Both the position numbers and the translations under genes were made by a program. A stretch of DNA of 64,000 nucleotides from an uncultured Rikenellaceae bacterium (GTDB taxonomy: Bacteria; Bacteroidota; Bacteroidia; Bacteroidales; VadinHA17): assembly GCA_964429295.1 (NCBI GenBank), contig CAYSBL010000009.1, positions 1,448 to 65,447 on the forward strand. The letters are read 5' to 3'. Below, piece after piece: positions 29,210 through 37,512 of this stretch; the first letter of the stretch is position 1; each line of letters begins with the position of its first letter. Under the pieces are notes generated by a model, which did no database searches, was not told the origin of the DNA, and worked only from the letters and a program-made list of their open reading frames with translations.

Positions 29210-30118
29210 ATGAAAAGACTTATAAGCGGCACCCTCGCAATCCTGGCGGGAAGCTTTTTAATCATGCCTGTATCCGCCGCCAGACTCACAGCAGAGAAAA
29301 CAGGTTCCAAAATCAATGTGAGCATCGACGGAAAATTCTTCACCAGCTACATCTTCACGGAAGATGAGAAATACCCCTTCTTCTATCCGGTCAACGGACC
29401 GGTCACCGGAGGCTCGGTAACATCCATGAGAAATGCAGTTTACCCCCACCATACATCCCTTTTCTTCGGATGCGACATGGTTAACGGGGGAAATTACTGG
29501 CAGGAAGGACTTGACCGGGGCAGAATAATCTCGGTGAATGCCCGGATTGAAAAAGAAGGAGGCGATACTGTTGTTATAACAGACGAATGCATATGGAGCC
29601 GCCCGGGTGCAGTCTCGCCCATGAAGGACACACGCAGGTACATAATAACCGCACCATCGGCAGACAAAATTGTCATTGACGTCGAGATCACCATGATGAC
29701 ACTGATGGATGTCCGCATCAGGAAAACAAACCACTCACTTTTCAGCGCCAGGCTGGCAGCCGACATCTCGGTTACCAACGGAGGCACCATGATAAACGCC
29801 GAGGGGGCAAGCAGCGAAAAGGATACTTTCGGAAAGAGATCCCCCTGGATCGACTTCAGCGGCTCAAGAGGAAATACAATTGAAGGTCTTGCCATTATGC
29901 AGCATCCTTCAAATCCCTGGTACCCGGCCCCCTGGTTCACACGCGATTACGGATTCATCTCCCCCACACCGATGTACTGGCCTGAAAATGGTGAAGAGAC
30001 TTTTATTAAGGACGGAACCAGACTGGTTCTTAAGTACAGGGTTATTGTCCATTCAGGCGACCATAAACAGGCTGATATAGCCGGCGAGTTCAAAAAATAC
30101 ATTTCCGGTACGTTATAA
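29210..30118 (+). CDS. Secreted DUF6807 protein (second paralog)
   Basis: Signal peptide; KYPFFYPV, YPHHTSLFFG, HPSNPWYPAPWFTRDYG. Confidence 0.75.
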   Translation: MKRLISGTLAILAGSFLIMPVSAARLTAEKTGSKINVSIDGKFFTSYIFTEDEKYPFFYPVNGPVTGGSVTSMRNAVYPHHTSLFFGCDMVNGGNYWQEGLDRGRIISVNARIEKEGGDTVVITDECIWSRPGAVSPMKDTRRYIITAPSADKIVIDVEITMMTLMDVRIRKTNHSLFSARLAADISVTNGGTMINAEGASSEKDTFGKRSPWIDFSGSRGNTIEGLAIMQHPSNPWYPAPWFTRDYGFISPTPMYWPENGEETFIKDGTRLVLKYRVIVHSGDHKQADIAGEFKKYISGTL

Positions 30119-30148
30119 CATTGTTATAACATCTTCAGAGGAAGGATT

Positions 30149-30197
30149 TGAGGCGTGAGGCGTGAGGTGTGAGGCGTGAGGCATGAGGCGTGAGGCG
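30149..30197. repeat. Heptamer tandem array (TGAGGCG)x7 with two variant units
   Basis: Read directly; lies between convergent operons. Confidence 0.95.
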
Positions 30198-30206
30198 TTG
30201 ACCTGA

Positions 30207-30893
30207 CTAATGGGTTTTTCTATAAAGGCAGTCTGTCCTGTGGCATGAAATGCAAGGAAAAGGATCAAAGCTTACATTCCTTCCAATACCTATCATCCCG
30301 CTTACCGATTTTTCAGGACGCATTAAAGCCGAGTCATTAAGGCTTATCCCGCAGTTATTATCGGGCATCAGCCTGAACAGGGCATGCTGATCAGAAACAT
30401 CCCACCCGCAATATCCTGGACTGTAGCGGTTTGTAACCTTGTTGCCGGATTCCCCGGCAGCTTTGCTTACTTCCTGCAGGAGCAGGCCGGATGCTCTTTC
30501 CGCAATCTCACTTCCGATAATATCGTAGATGTAAGAAGCAAGCGGATCGCCGTCCTCCATCGACTTCCCCGCGAGTTTTTCAGTACCGGGACCTGCAGTG
30601 CAAAGGAAAATGGCGATGGATTCTGCCAGGCTGAGCTGTTTGAAAACAATGTCTTTAAGATTGAATACAACATCGCTCAATGTGACTGTTTTTTCTTCAT
30701 CATTCCATTCCCCGACGGGAAAGACCCTATACTCAGCTTTTACAGTGCATACCCGGGAAGCATTATTCAGCAGTTCCGTTATCAATCCTGAAAATTCATG
30801 ATGAGGATAACCGTCCCTCTCCGCCAGAACCCGGCCGATGCGGTTCTCATCGACCCCAAGATCCGAAAAATCATATTCCAGAGAAGTAATCAT
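30207..30893 (-). CDS. Stand-alone MetH reactivation-domain-like protein
   Basis: FLCTAG, RYSPGYCGW, M.PEKSVSGMIG and C-terminal CxxCxxxxCxYR; ATGA overlap with the upstream gene. Confidence 0.8.
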   Translation of the reverse strand: MITSLEYDFSDLGVDENRIGRVLAERDGYPHHEFSGLITELLNNASRVCTVKAEYRVFPVGEWNDEEKTVTLSDVVFNLKDIVFKQLSLAESIAIFLCTAGPGTEKLAGKSMEDGDPLASYIYDIIGSEIAERASGLLLQEVSKAAGESGNKVTNRYSPGYCGWDVSDQHALFRLMPDNNCGISLNDSALMRPEKSVSGMIGIGRNVSFDPFPCISCHRTDCLYRKTH

Positions 30894-32332
30894 GACTGAT
30901 CAAGTCCCGCTTCACGTACAATCCGTCCCACTACTTCTTCCCATCCGAGCGACATCAGGTGTACGCCGTTGATCCCCTTTTTTTGTTTCAGCGATGCGAT
31001 AAGTTCGAGAGCTATTGCAATTCCTTCCTCACTGGCGCCGTCGCCCGCCTTCTCCATTCTCCTGAGTATCCTGTCAGGCAGATATACTCCGGGAACCTTT
31101 TCATGCAGATAAAGAGCAGCCTTATAACTTTTAAGCGGAACCAGTCCGGCCAGGATGCTTACCTTGCCGAGCACATTCCTCCTGTCGAGCTGCTCCAGCC
31201 AGGGATCGAGCTTTTCCGGTTCGAAAATTATGTTGGTCTGGAAAAACTGTGCTCCCGCGTTTATTTTTTTCTGATCCCTTATTGCCTGGAGTTCAGGATC
31301 GAGTGCGCAAGGAGTGGTGGCAGCTCCAAGAAAGTACTTCGGAGGATGTTTCATCTTTCTCCCGTCGAGGTAGATTCCCTCGTCCCTCATTTTCCTGAGT
31401 ATCCAGAGCATCTGGACCGAATCGAGGTCATATATGTTCATATTACTGGCAGGGGGTGGTCCGACAACCGGACTGTCGCCGGTGACACAAAGAATGTTCC
31501 TGATCCCGAACTGACCCGCAGCTATGGCATCTCCCTGCAATGAGATGCGTGTTGCATCGCGGGCTGCAATCTGAAAGACCGGCTCTGCATTCATATCAGC
31601 GGCAACCTTGCAGCAGGCGAGTGCCGACATCTTCGGAATGGCCGACGAAGCATCCGTGAAATTTATGGCGTTAACATAGGGTCTGACAAGGTCAATGTCA
31701 TTCTTTAGTTTCCCGGAATCCGAACTAAGCGGCGGTGTGACTTCAGTGGCAACCACGAAACGGCCTTCCCTCAGAGATCTCTCGAGCTCCGACGCAGGCT
31801 CAGTATAGGCCGGAGGATGGTAATCTGAATCGCCGTTCCACCATGCAGGCTGCCTGACTGTCATGAATACCGAGTCCCATACCTGTTTTTTAGCTTCCCT
31901 GTCGTGCGAAAACAAAGATCTGAAAAATCTTCCGGGTCCCACTATTCCTATCTGTCTGCCTACATCCGCCCATGTTTCGGTACCGGCCCTGTTCCAGTCG
32001 AGCGGAGGAAGAACCTCGAGGAGTGTCTCCTGGCGCTTGATCTTCCTTGCCCGGTTATAGATGGCATGCCACACGCATCTTCGTGTCGGATCGACATAAC
32101 AGCGGCCTTCGGGAGTAACTCCGCCGCAGGGCCCGTTCCTGAGCCCTTTCGGACACTCCATACAACAGATAAAGGCTGTTTCCTGCAGAAGGCAGTTGCC
32201 GCACATCCTGCATCCCCAAATCGGACCTTTTACAATTATCTCTATATACTCACGGAACCGTTTCCCTAAAGACTCCCTTTTGAACGGATAAAAACGGGGT
32301 TGCCAACGGCGGGCAGGCTTGATACCAGACAT
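30890..32332 (-). CDS. metF: MetV-MetF fusion methylenetetrahydrofolate reductase
   Basis: Cys-rich N-domain CRMCGNC..CPKGLRNGPCGG..CYVDPTRRCVW (MetV/MTHFR_C type), followed by a MetF barrel (TEVTPP, NFTD, NILCVTGD, AGAQFFQT). Confidence 0.88.
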   Translation of the reverse strand: MSGIKPARRWQPRFYPFKRESLGKRFREYIEIIVKGPIWGCRMCGNCLLQETAFICCMECPKGLRNGPCGGVTPEGRCYVDPTRRCVWHAIYNRARKIKRQETLLEVLPPLDWNRAGTETWADVGRQIGIVGPGRFFRSLFSHDREAKKQVWDSVFMTVRQPAWWNGDSDYHPPAYTEPASELERSLREGRFVVATEVTPPLSSDSGKLKNDIDLVRPYVNAINFTDASSAIPKMSALACCKVAADMNAEPVFQIAARDATRISLQGDAIAAGQFGIRNILCVTGDSPVVGPPPASNMNIYDLDSVQMLWILRKMRDEGIYLDGRKMKHPPKYFLGAATTPCALDPELQAIRDQKKINAGAQFFQTNIIFEPEKLDPWLEQLDRRNVLGKVSILAGLVPLKSYKAALYLHEKVPGVYLPDRILRRMEKAGDGASEEGIAIALELIASLKQKKGINGVHLMSLGWEEVVGRIVREAGLDQS

Positions 32333-32364
32333 ATCCAGAGGTATTAATTCTTAAGGGAAGGTAC

Positions 32365-33207
32365 TCAGGAATTGCGGCTTTGATAATATTCCACAAACCT
32401 TATTGCAAAGTCGTCCCTCCCCAGAACAAGATCGGCAGCCCGGGCAGCAGCAGTTATTTTTTCAGGATTTGCTATCGGGCATGTAACTCCGCAATAAACG
32501 GCAAGAGTCAGGAAAGCCGTGTTGAGCGACTCCCTGTCGGGCAGACCGAATGATATGTTACTGGCCCCCATGGTTATATTCTGACCAAGCTTCCGGTTAA
32601 CCAGCCTGATAGTTTCCAGCGTCACCAGGCAGGCCCGGGGATCGGCGCTGACTGCCATGGCCAGAGGATCGGCAATGACATCTTCAGCCTTCATTCCCGC
32701 TGAAACAGCCCTTTCAATTATCCTTTCAATTATTGCCACACGCTTTTCGGGATCATTGGTGATACCGTCATCATCCATGCATAATCCTATAATGGCCGCT
32801 CCGTATTCGCTTGCAAAAGGGATCAGGGCCTTAAGGGATTCTTCCTTCCCGTTAACCGAATTGATAAGGCATCTCCCGGCGGAAACCTTAAGTGCAGCTT
32901 CAATGGCTGAAGGATTGGGAGAATCGAGACACAGCGGGATATCAAAGTTATCCTGGATAGCCGACACAACTTCCGGAAGAAGCTTCACATCATCAACACC
33001 CGGATAACCCACATTTACGTCGAGAACATCGGCACCTGCATTTATCTGGCTGGCCGCCAGTTCAAGAACATAGGAAAAATCTCCCTCCTGAAGCGATGAA
33101 ACCAGTTTCTTACGGCGGGTCGGGTTTATCGATTCGCCAATAATAACAACAGGACCACCGGTTTCAATGACAACCTCCCTGGTCCTGCCTGATAGTAATG
33201 TCTTCAT
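32365..33207 (-). CDS. Pterin-binding methyltetrahydrofolate:corrinoid methyltransferase (AcsE / MetH pterin module)
   Basis: IIGESINPT, QINAGADVLDVNVG, LCLDS, LINSVNG, GASNISFGLP motifs. Confidence 0.9.
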   Translation of the reverse strand: MKTLLSGRTREVVIETGGPVVIIGESINPTRRKKLVSSLQEGDFSYVLELAASQINAGADVLDVNVGYPGVDDVKLLPEVVSAIQDNFDIPLCLDSPNPSAIEAALKVSAGRCLINSVNGKEESLKALIPFASEYGAAIIGLCMDDDGITNDPEKRVAIIERIIERAVSAGMKAEDVIADPLAMAVSADPRACLVTLETIRLVNRKLGQNITMGASNISFGLPDRESLNTAFLTLAVYCGVTCPIANPEKITAAARAADLVLGRDDFAIRFVEYYQSRNS

Positions 33208-33209
33208 GA

Positions 33210-33878
33210 TTAAACTGCAAACTGTTTCAGATAATTAACTGCACCCTGGGGATCGGGTGAATAGAAATCGGCTCCTATCTTTTCGCAATATTCCATCGTA
33301 ACCGGAGCTCCGCCGACAAGGATCCTGACCGCGGGATGCTTCTCCTTCAGAACTGCAACGGTTTTCTTCATATTTTCCATAGTGGTGGTGAGAAGAGCGG
33401 ACAGACCTACAAAAGCGCCCGGATTGTTCTCAATAGCTTTCAGAAATTTATCGGTGCTCACATCAACACCCAGGTCGATGATCTCCCATCCGCCTCCTTC
33501 TATCATCATCGAGACCAGGTTCTTCCCTATGTCGTGAAGGTCACCCGCTACGGTGCCAATGATAAATTTTCCCTTTCGCTTTGTCTCGCCCGACTGAAAG
33601 AACGGCTTCAGATGCTTCATCGAGCTGTTCATGGCCTTGGCTGCCATCAGCATCTGGGGAACATATATCTCCTTCCTGCTGAACCTCTCACCAACAACTG
33701 CCATCGCCGGGATCAGGGCTTCGTCGAGAATCCTGGCCGGACCAAGCCCATTGTCGATAGCCTGCCTGGTTAGCTCATCCGCTCCATCACTCCCCCTCAT
33801 GTCGGGCGGGTAAGGTGAAGCCTTGTCTGTTTTGCCTGACTCAACACATCGTGCGATCCGGGCCAGTATATCTTCCAT
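33210..33878 (-). CDS. Corrinoid (B12-binding) methyl-carrier protein
   Basis: Cap domain (LIPAMAVVGERF..YVPQMLMAAKAM), DLHDIGKN (DxHxxG), LSALLTTTM, VGGAPV. Confidence 0.94.
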   Translation of the reverse strand: MEDILARIARCVESGKTDKASPYPPDMRGSDGADELTRQAIDNGLGPARILDEALIPAMAVVGERFSRKEIYVPQMLMAAKAMNSSMKHLKPFFQSGETKRKGKFIIGTVAGDLHDIGKNLVSMMIEGGGWEIIDLGVDVSTDKFLKAIENNPGAFVGLSALLTTTMENMKKTVAVLKEKHPAVRILVGGAPVTMEYCEKIGADFYSPDPQGAVNYLKQFAV

Positions 33879-33946
33879 AAAACTACAGATTGATGAAGTT
33901 ACCTGTTATAACCTTTAAGCTTTTTACTGCACGAAAATAATAAATT

Positions 33947-33985
33947 CAAAAGTAATTAATATAATTTGTTTATGCAACCGATTGC
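33947..33985 (-). promoter_or_regulatory. LacI operator copy 3 overlapping the promoter of the corrinoid operon
   Basis: GCAACCGATTGC (33974-33985). On the minus strand its TTG (33977-33975) lies 20 nt upstream of a perfect TACTTTTG -7 box (33954-33947). Confidence 0.85.
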
Positions 33986-34040
33986 AGAAATGTTTTTATT
34001 AAAGATTTTAACGCTGCCGATCTGTCTCCTTACTATAACA

Positions 34041-34117
34041 CCCCCTTTCCCGTTTCCCCCAGGGGGGAAAGGCTTTGCCTGCTCCTTCCCCCCTGGGGGA
34101 AGGTCAGGGAAGGGGGT
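34041..34117. repeat. GC-rich REP-like double-hairpin element, copy 1
   Basis: CCCCCTTTCCCGTTTCCCCCAGGGGGGAAA ... CCTTCCCCCCTGGGGGAAGGTCAGGGAAGGGGG; related to 41859-41992. Confidence 0.8.
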
Positions 34118-34225
34118 AAAGCACACAACCGGGGAAAGGAATAAAACAGGTTTGAATTGAATTCAGAATGTAATACAAGTGACGCCTTAAAAATTATTAT
34201 CTTGCCCTCATATATAACCAAAGAT

Positions 34226-35749
34226 ATGAAAACAATCTCCTTCATTCTCTGTATGCTCCTTTCAGGGGTCATATCCTCCCAGGCTCAATCCACCGGAATC
34301 TTTGAGCGCAGCGCCGACATTGGCAACCCTGCAATCAAAGGTTCAGCCGTTTATAATACTTCTGACCAGTCATATTCCCTGAAGGGATCAGGTTACAACA
34401 TCTGGTTTGAAAGAGATGAATTCAGGTATGTATTCAATCAGATCGAAGGTGACTTCATTCTCACTGCAAGTTTCCGTTTCGAGGGCGACGGGACCGATCC
34501 GCACAGGAAAACGGGATGGATGATCAGGGCTTCGGAAGATGAGAGCTCTCCTCATATTTCAGCCGTGCTGCATGGCGATGGTCTGACAGTCATGCAATGG
34601 CGCGATTTTACAGGCGGTGAAATGAAGGACCCGGATGATGAACTGTTTGCAAAGGGCTCCGGGTACGAGATAATCCAGCTTGAACGTGCAGGTGAAGTTT
34701 TTTTCATGAGAGCAGCCGTTCCCGGAAAGCCCTTCGAGGAGATCGGCTCATACCAGATGGCAAACATGCCCGACAGGGTGCTTGCAGGATTGTTCATATG
34801 TTCGCATAATCCCGAAGTGACTGAACAGTCGACGGTATGGAATGTAAGGATTGACAAACCCGTGAGGGACAATTACAACGCTGCAATGGACGGAGTGGTC
34901 GGATGCCGCCTGGAAACAATGAACGTACTCGACGGAAAAAGAATGGTCATCTGGGAAAAACAGGGACGCTTCGAAGCTCCCAACTGGATGCCCGACGGAA
35001 AACAATTGCTTTTTAACATGGATGGACTTTTATACAGGATCCCGGTCACCGGAGGTCAGATAAGCCAGCTGAACACCGGTACCGTAACAAGAAACAATAA
35101 TGATCATGGAATATCTTTCAATGGGAAACTTCTTGCAATAAGCAGTTCAAAGGATGATGCGGCAGGAAGGGGTTCTGCCGTATACGTGGTAAAGCTGAAG
35201 GGCGGAGAACCAAAGCTTGTCACACCCGAGACGCCATCCTACTGGCACGGATGGCATCCAAACAACAAAGAGGTGATCTATGTTGCACAGCGCGGCGGAA
35301 AAAGAGTCTACAACATCTACAGGAATTCAATAAAGGGAGGAAAGGAGGTGGCCCTCACCGATATTCCGGAAGGGGAACATGTTGACGGGTGCGAATATTC
35401 ACCCGATGGAAACTACATCTACTATAACGGCAGTCATTCGGGAAACATGCAGTTATGGAGAATGAAATCCGACGGGACCGGCAGGGAACAGCTTACCTTC
35501 GACGATTGTAAAAACTGGTTTCCTCATATCTCTCCCGACGGGAAATGGATAGCATATATTGCATTCCCTCCCGAAATCGAGAAGAACAGCCACCCCTCCT
35601 ACAAAAGAGTTACACTCCGGCTGATGCCTGCCGCCGGTGGGGAGCCAAGAGTTATAGCCTATCTTTACGGCGGTCAGGGAACCATTAATGTTCCTTCCTG
35701 GTCGCCTGACAGCAAGCAGATTGCATTCGTGAGCAACTCGGGTTTGTAA
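34226..35749 (+). CDS. Secreted TolB-like PD40 beta-propeller protein with N-terminal beta-sandwich
   Basis: Signal peptide from ATG 34226; EAPNWMPDG, DHGISFNG, CEYSPDG, FPHISPDG, PSWSPDS repeats. Confidence 0.8.
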   Translation: MKTISFILCMLLSGVISSQAQSTGIFERSADIGNPAIKGSAVYNTSDQSYSLKGSGYNIWFERDEFRYVFNQIEGDFILTASFRFEGDGTDPHRKTGWMIRASEDESSPHISAVLHGDGLTVMQWRDFTGGEMKDPDDELFAKGSGYEIIQLERAGEVFFMRAAVPGKPFEEIGSYQMANMPDRVLAGLFICSHNPEVTEQSTVWNVRIDKPVRDNYNAAMDGVVGCRLETMNVLDGKRMVIWEKQGRFEAPNWMPDGKQLLFNMDGLLYRIPVTGGQISQLNTGTVTRNNNDHGISFNGKLLAISSSKDDAAGRGSAVYVVKLKGGEPKLVTPETPSYWHGWHPNNKEVIYVAQRGGKRVYNIYRNSIKGGKEVALTDIPEGEHVDGCEYSPDGNYIYYNGSHSGNMQLWRMKSDGTGREQLTFDDCKNWFPHISPDGKWIAYIAFPPEIEKNSHPSYKRVTLRLMPAAGGEPRVIAYLYGGQGTINVPSWSPDSKQIAFVSNSGL

Positions 35750-35834
35750 AATATGAATCTTTAAATTATAATCAATTTATTCATCATATTCAATTTTAAC
35801 TTACTTTAAGCCCTGCGAATTTTATGCTCCCCGG

Positions 35835-36554
35835 ATGAGATCTGGCATTAATACCTTTCTTTCCTTCCCGGTATTTGCGATACTTTACTGCTACACGGCA
35901 GTCGGCGTTGTACTGGTCTTTATTCTGACACTGTTCAGGGCAAAGAGAGCAGTTCAGGTTCTCACTATGATCTGGGCAAAATCGGTATTTGCTGTCATGG
36001 GGAAGAAAATGACAATTAGGGGGAAGGAAAACATCGATAAAAGCAAAAGGTACATTCTTGTAGCCAACCACGCAAGCCTTTTTGACATTGTCGCCATCAC
36101 GTCTTTTTACCCGCAGGTGGCCTGGTTCGGCCATGAACGCTTGCTCAAAGTTCCTGTTTTCGGAAGTTTCCTGAAACTGACTGGTTATATCCCCTTCAGG
36201 GAACCTACGGTAAGCAACACCAGGCATATGCTTGAATTGCTTATTGATAAATCGACTCATCAGTCGGTTGCCCTGTTCCCCGAAGGAACCCGCACCCTCG
36301 ACGGAAAGATTAATCCCTTCTTCAGGGGATTCATCTATCTTATGAGGACAGGAAACACCGATATACTGCCAATAACCCTGAACGGATTCTATGAGTTGAA
36401 GCCGAAGAACAGGTTCTGCATTGATTTCGGATCAAAACTGGAGGTTATCATCCATAAGCCCGTTCCGGGAAAGGAACTTAAAGATAAGGACGACACCGAA
36501 ATAATATCGAAGATCAAGGGAATTATCGAATCGGCATATAACGGGAACCATTAA
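35835..36554 (+). CDS. Lysophospholipid acyltransferase (PlsC-like), second paralog
   Basis: VANHASLFD (HX4D), FPEGTRT. Confidence 0.9.
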   Translation: MRSGINTFLSFPVFAILYCYTAVGVVLVFILTLFRAKRAVQVLTMIWAKSVFAVMGKKMTIRGKENIDKSKRYILVANHASLFDIVAITSFYPQVAWFGHERLLKVPVFGSFLKLTGYIPFREPTVSNTRHMLELLIDKSTHQSVALFPEGTRTLDGKINPFFRGFIYLMRTGNTDILPITLNGFYELKPKNRFCIDFGSKLEVIIHKPVPGKELKDKDDTEIISKIKGIIESAYNGNH

Positions 36555-36573
36555 AATCACTTAAACTAACCGT

Positions 36574-37512
36574 ATGGAATCACAAAAAAAGGACAAGTGG
36601 ATTTTCATAGTAAATCCCATATCCGGGAACGGTTTCGGAAAGACAATGATTTCCGTGATAAGTGAGAAGACCGGCAAATACGGGATTGACGGGGAAATAG
36701 TACAGACTGAAAGAAGCGGTCATGCAGCTGAACTATCCCGTCAGTACCTTGATATGGGATACAGGTTCATTGTTGGTGTCGGGGGAGACGGAACTGCAAA
36801 TGAAGTGGCGAGATCCCTTATTAACAGAAAAGATGTTGTTTTCGGGGTGATCCCTGCCGGAACAGGCAACGACTTCGTACAGATCACCGGATTTCATGAC
36901 CGGATGACCGATAGCGACTGGGAGGTGTTTTTCAGGAAGCAAGTAATCGCCATGGATGCGGGTTCAGTCAACGGAATGATATTCATAAATGGCATGGGAT
37001 TGGGATTTGACGCCCAGGTGGCTGCAGAAAACTATACTGAACCCGGAGTGGTGAAAAAGGGAGGTAAACATAAGTACCTGTGGCACATTATAAAAACCAT
37101 ACTGTTTTTCAGGGAAAAAAGGATGGCTGTGACCTACGGAGGAAGCAGAACAGAAACTGACTGTTTTATAAATACCGTCTCGATCGGACGGCGCTTCGCC
37201 GGAGGATTCCTTCTTACACCGGGAGCTATAGCCAATGACGGCCTTCTCGACGTCTGTTCGATAAAAAGGCTTAACCTGATACAGAGACTCAGGCTGTTCA
37301 TGAAGGTCCCGAAAGGTGACCATATAAAAGACAAAAAAGTGTTCTACTATCAGACCGACGGCCTTAAAATAGAATTCCCCGAAAAGGTCCCGTTCCACGT
37401 TGACGGTGAACTGAATTTTTCCGACCGCTTCGATGTCAGAGTTATGCCGGAGGCACTGAATATCATTTATAATCCTGATGGGAACCACTTCTTCGGAAAA
37501 AAGCAGGCCTGA
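36574..37512 (+). CDS. Diacylglycerol/lipid kinase family protein (YegS/DagK-like)
   Basis: NPISG, GGDGT, IPAGTGNDF, NDGLLD, HVDGE. Confidence 0.92.
   Translation: MESQKKDKWIFIVNPISGNGFGKTMISVISEKTGKYGIDGEIVQTERSGHAAELSRQYLDMGYRFIVGVGGDGTANEVARSLINRKDVVFGVIPAGTGNDFVQITGFHDRMTDSDWEVFFRKQVIAMDAGSVNGMIFINGMGLGFDAQVAAENYTEPGVVKKGGKHKYLWHIIKTILFFREKRMAVTYGGSRTETDCFINTVSIGRRFAGGFLLTPGAIANDGLLDVCSIKRLNLIQRLRLFMKVPKGDHIKDKKVFYYQTDGLKIEFPEKVPFHVDGELNFSDRFDVRVMPEALNIIYNPDGNHFFGKKQA

Noticed and set aside
30149-30197. Repeat arrays as possible CRISPR
   Set aside because: Units are 7 bp and contiguous with no unique spacers, and there are no cas genes.
32365-33207. Dihydropteroate synthase (folP)
   Set aside because: Same fold, but the GESINPT/GASNISFGLP motifs and corrinoid neighbour indicate a pterin-binding methyltransferase.
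30122-33912. TGTTATAAC on both sides of the corrinoid operon as a target-site duplication
   Set aside because: The operon's promoter and operator lie outside the putative insert, and no mobility gene is present.
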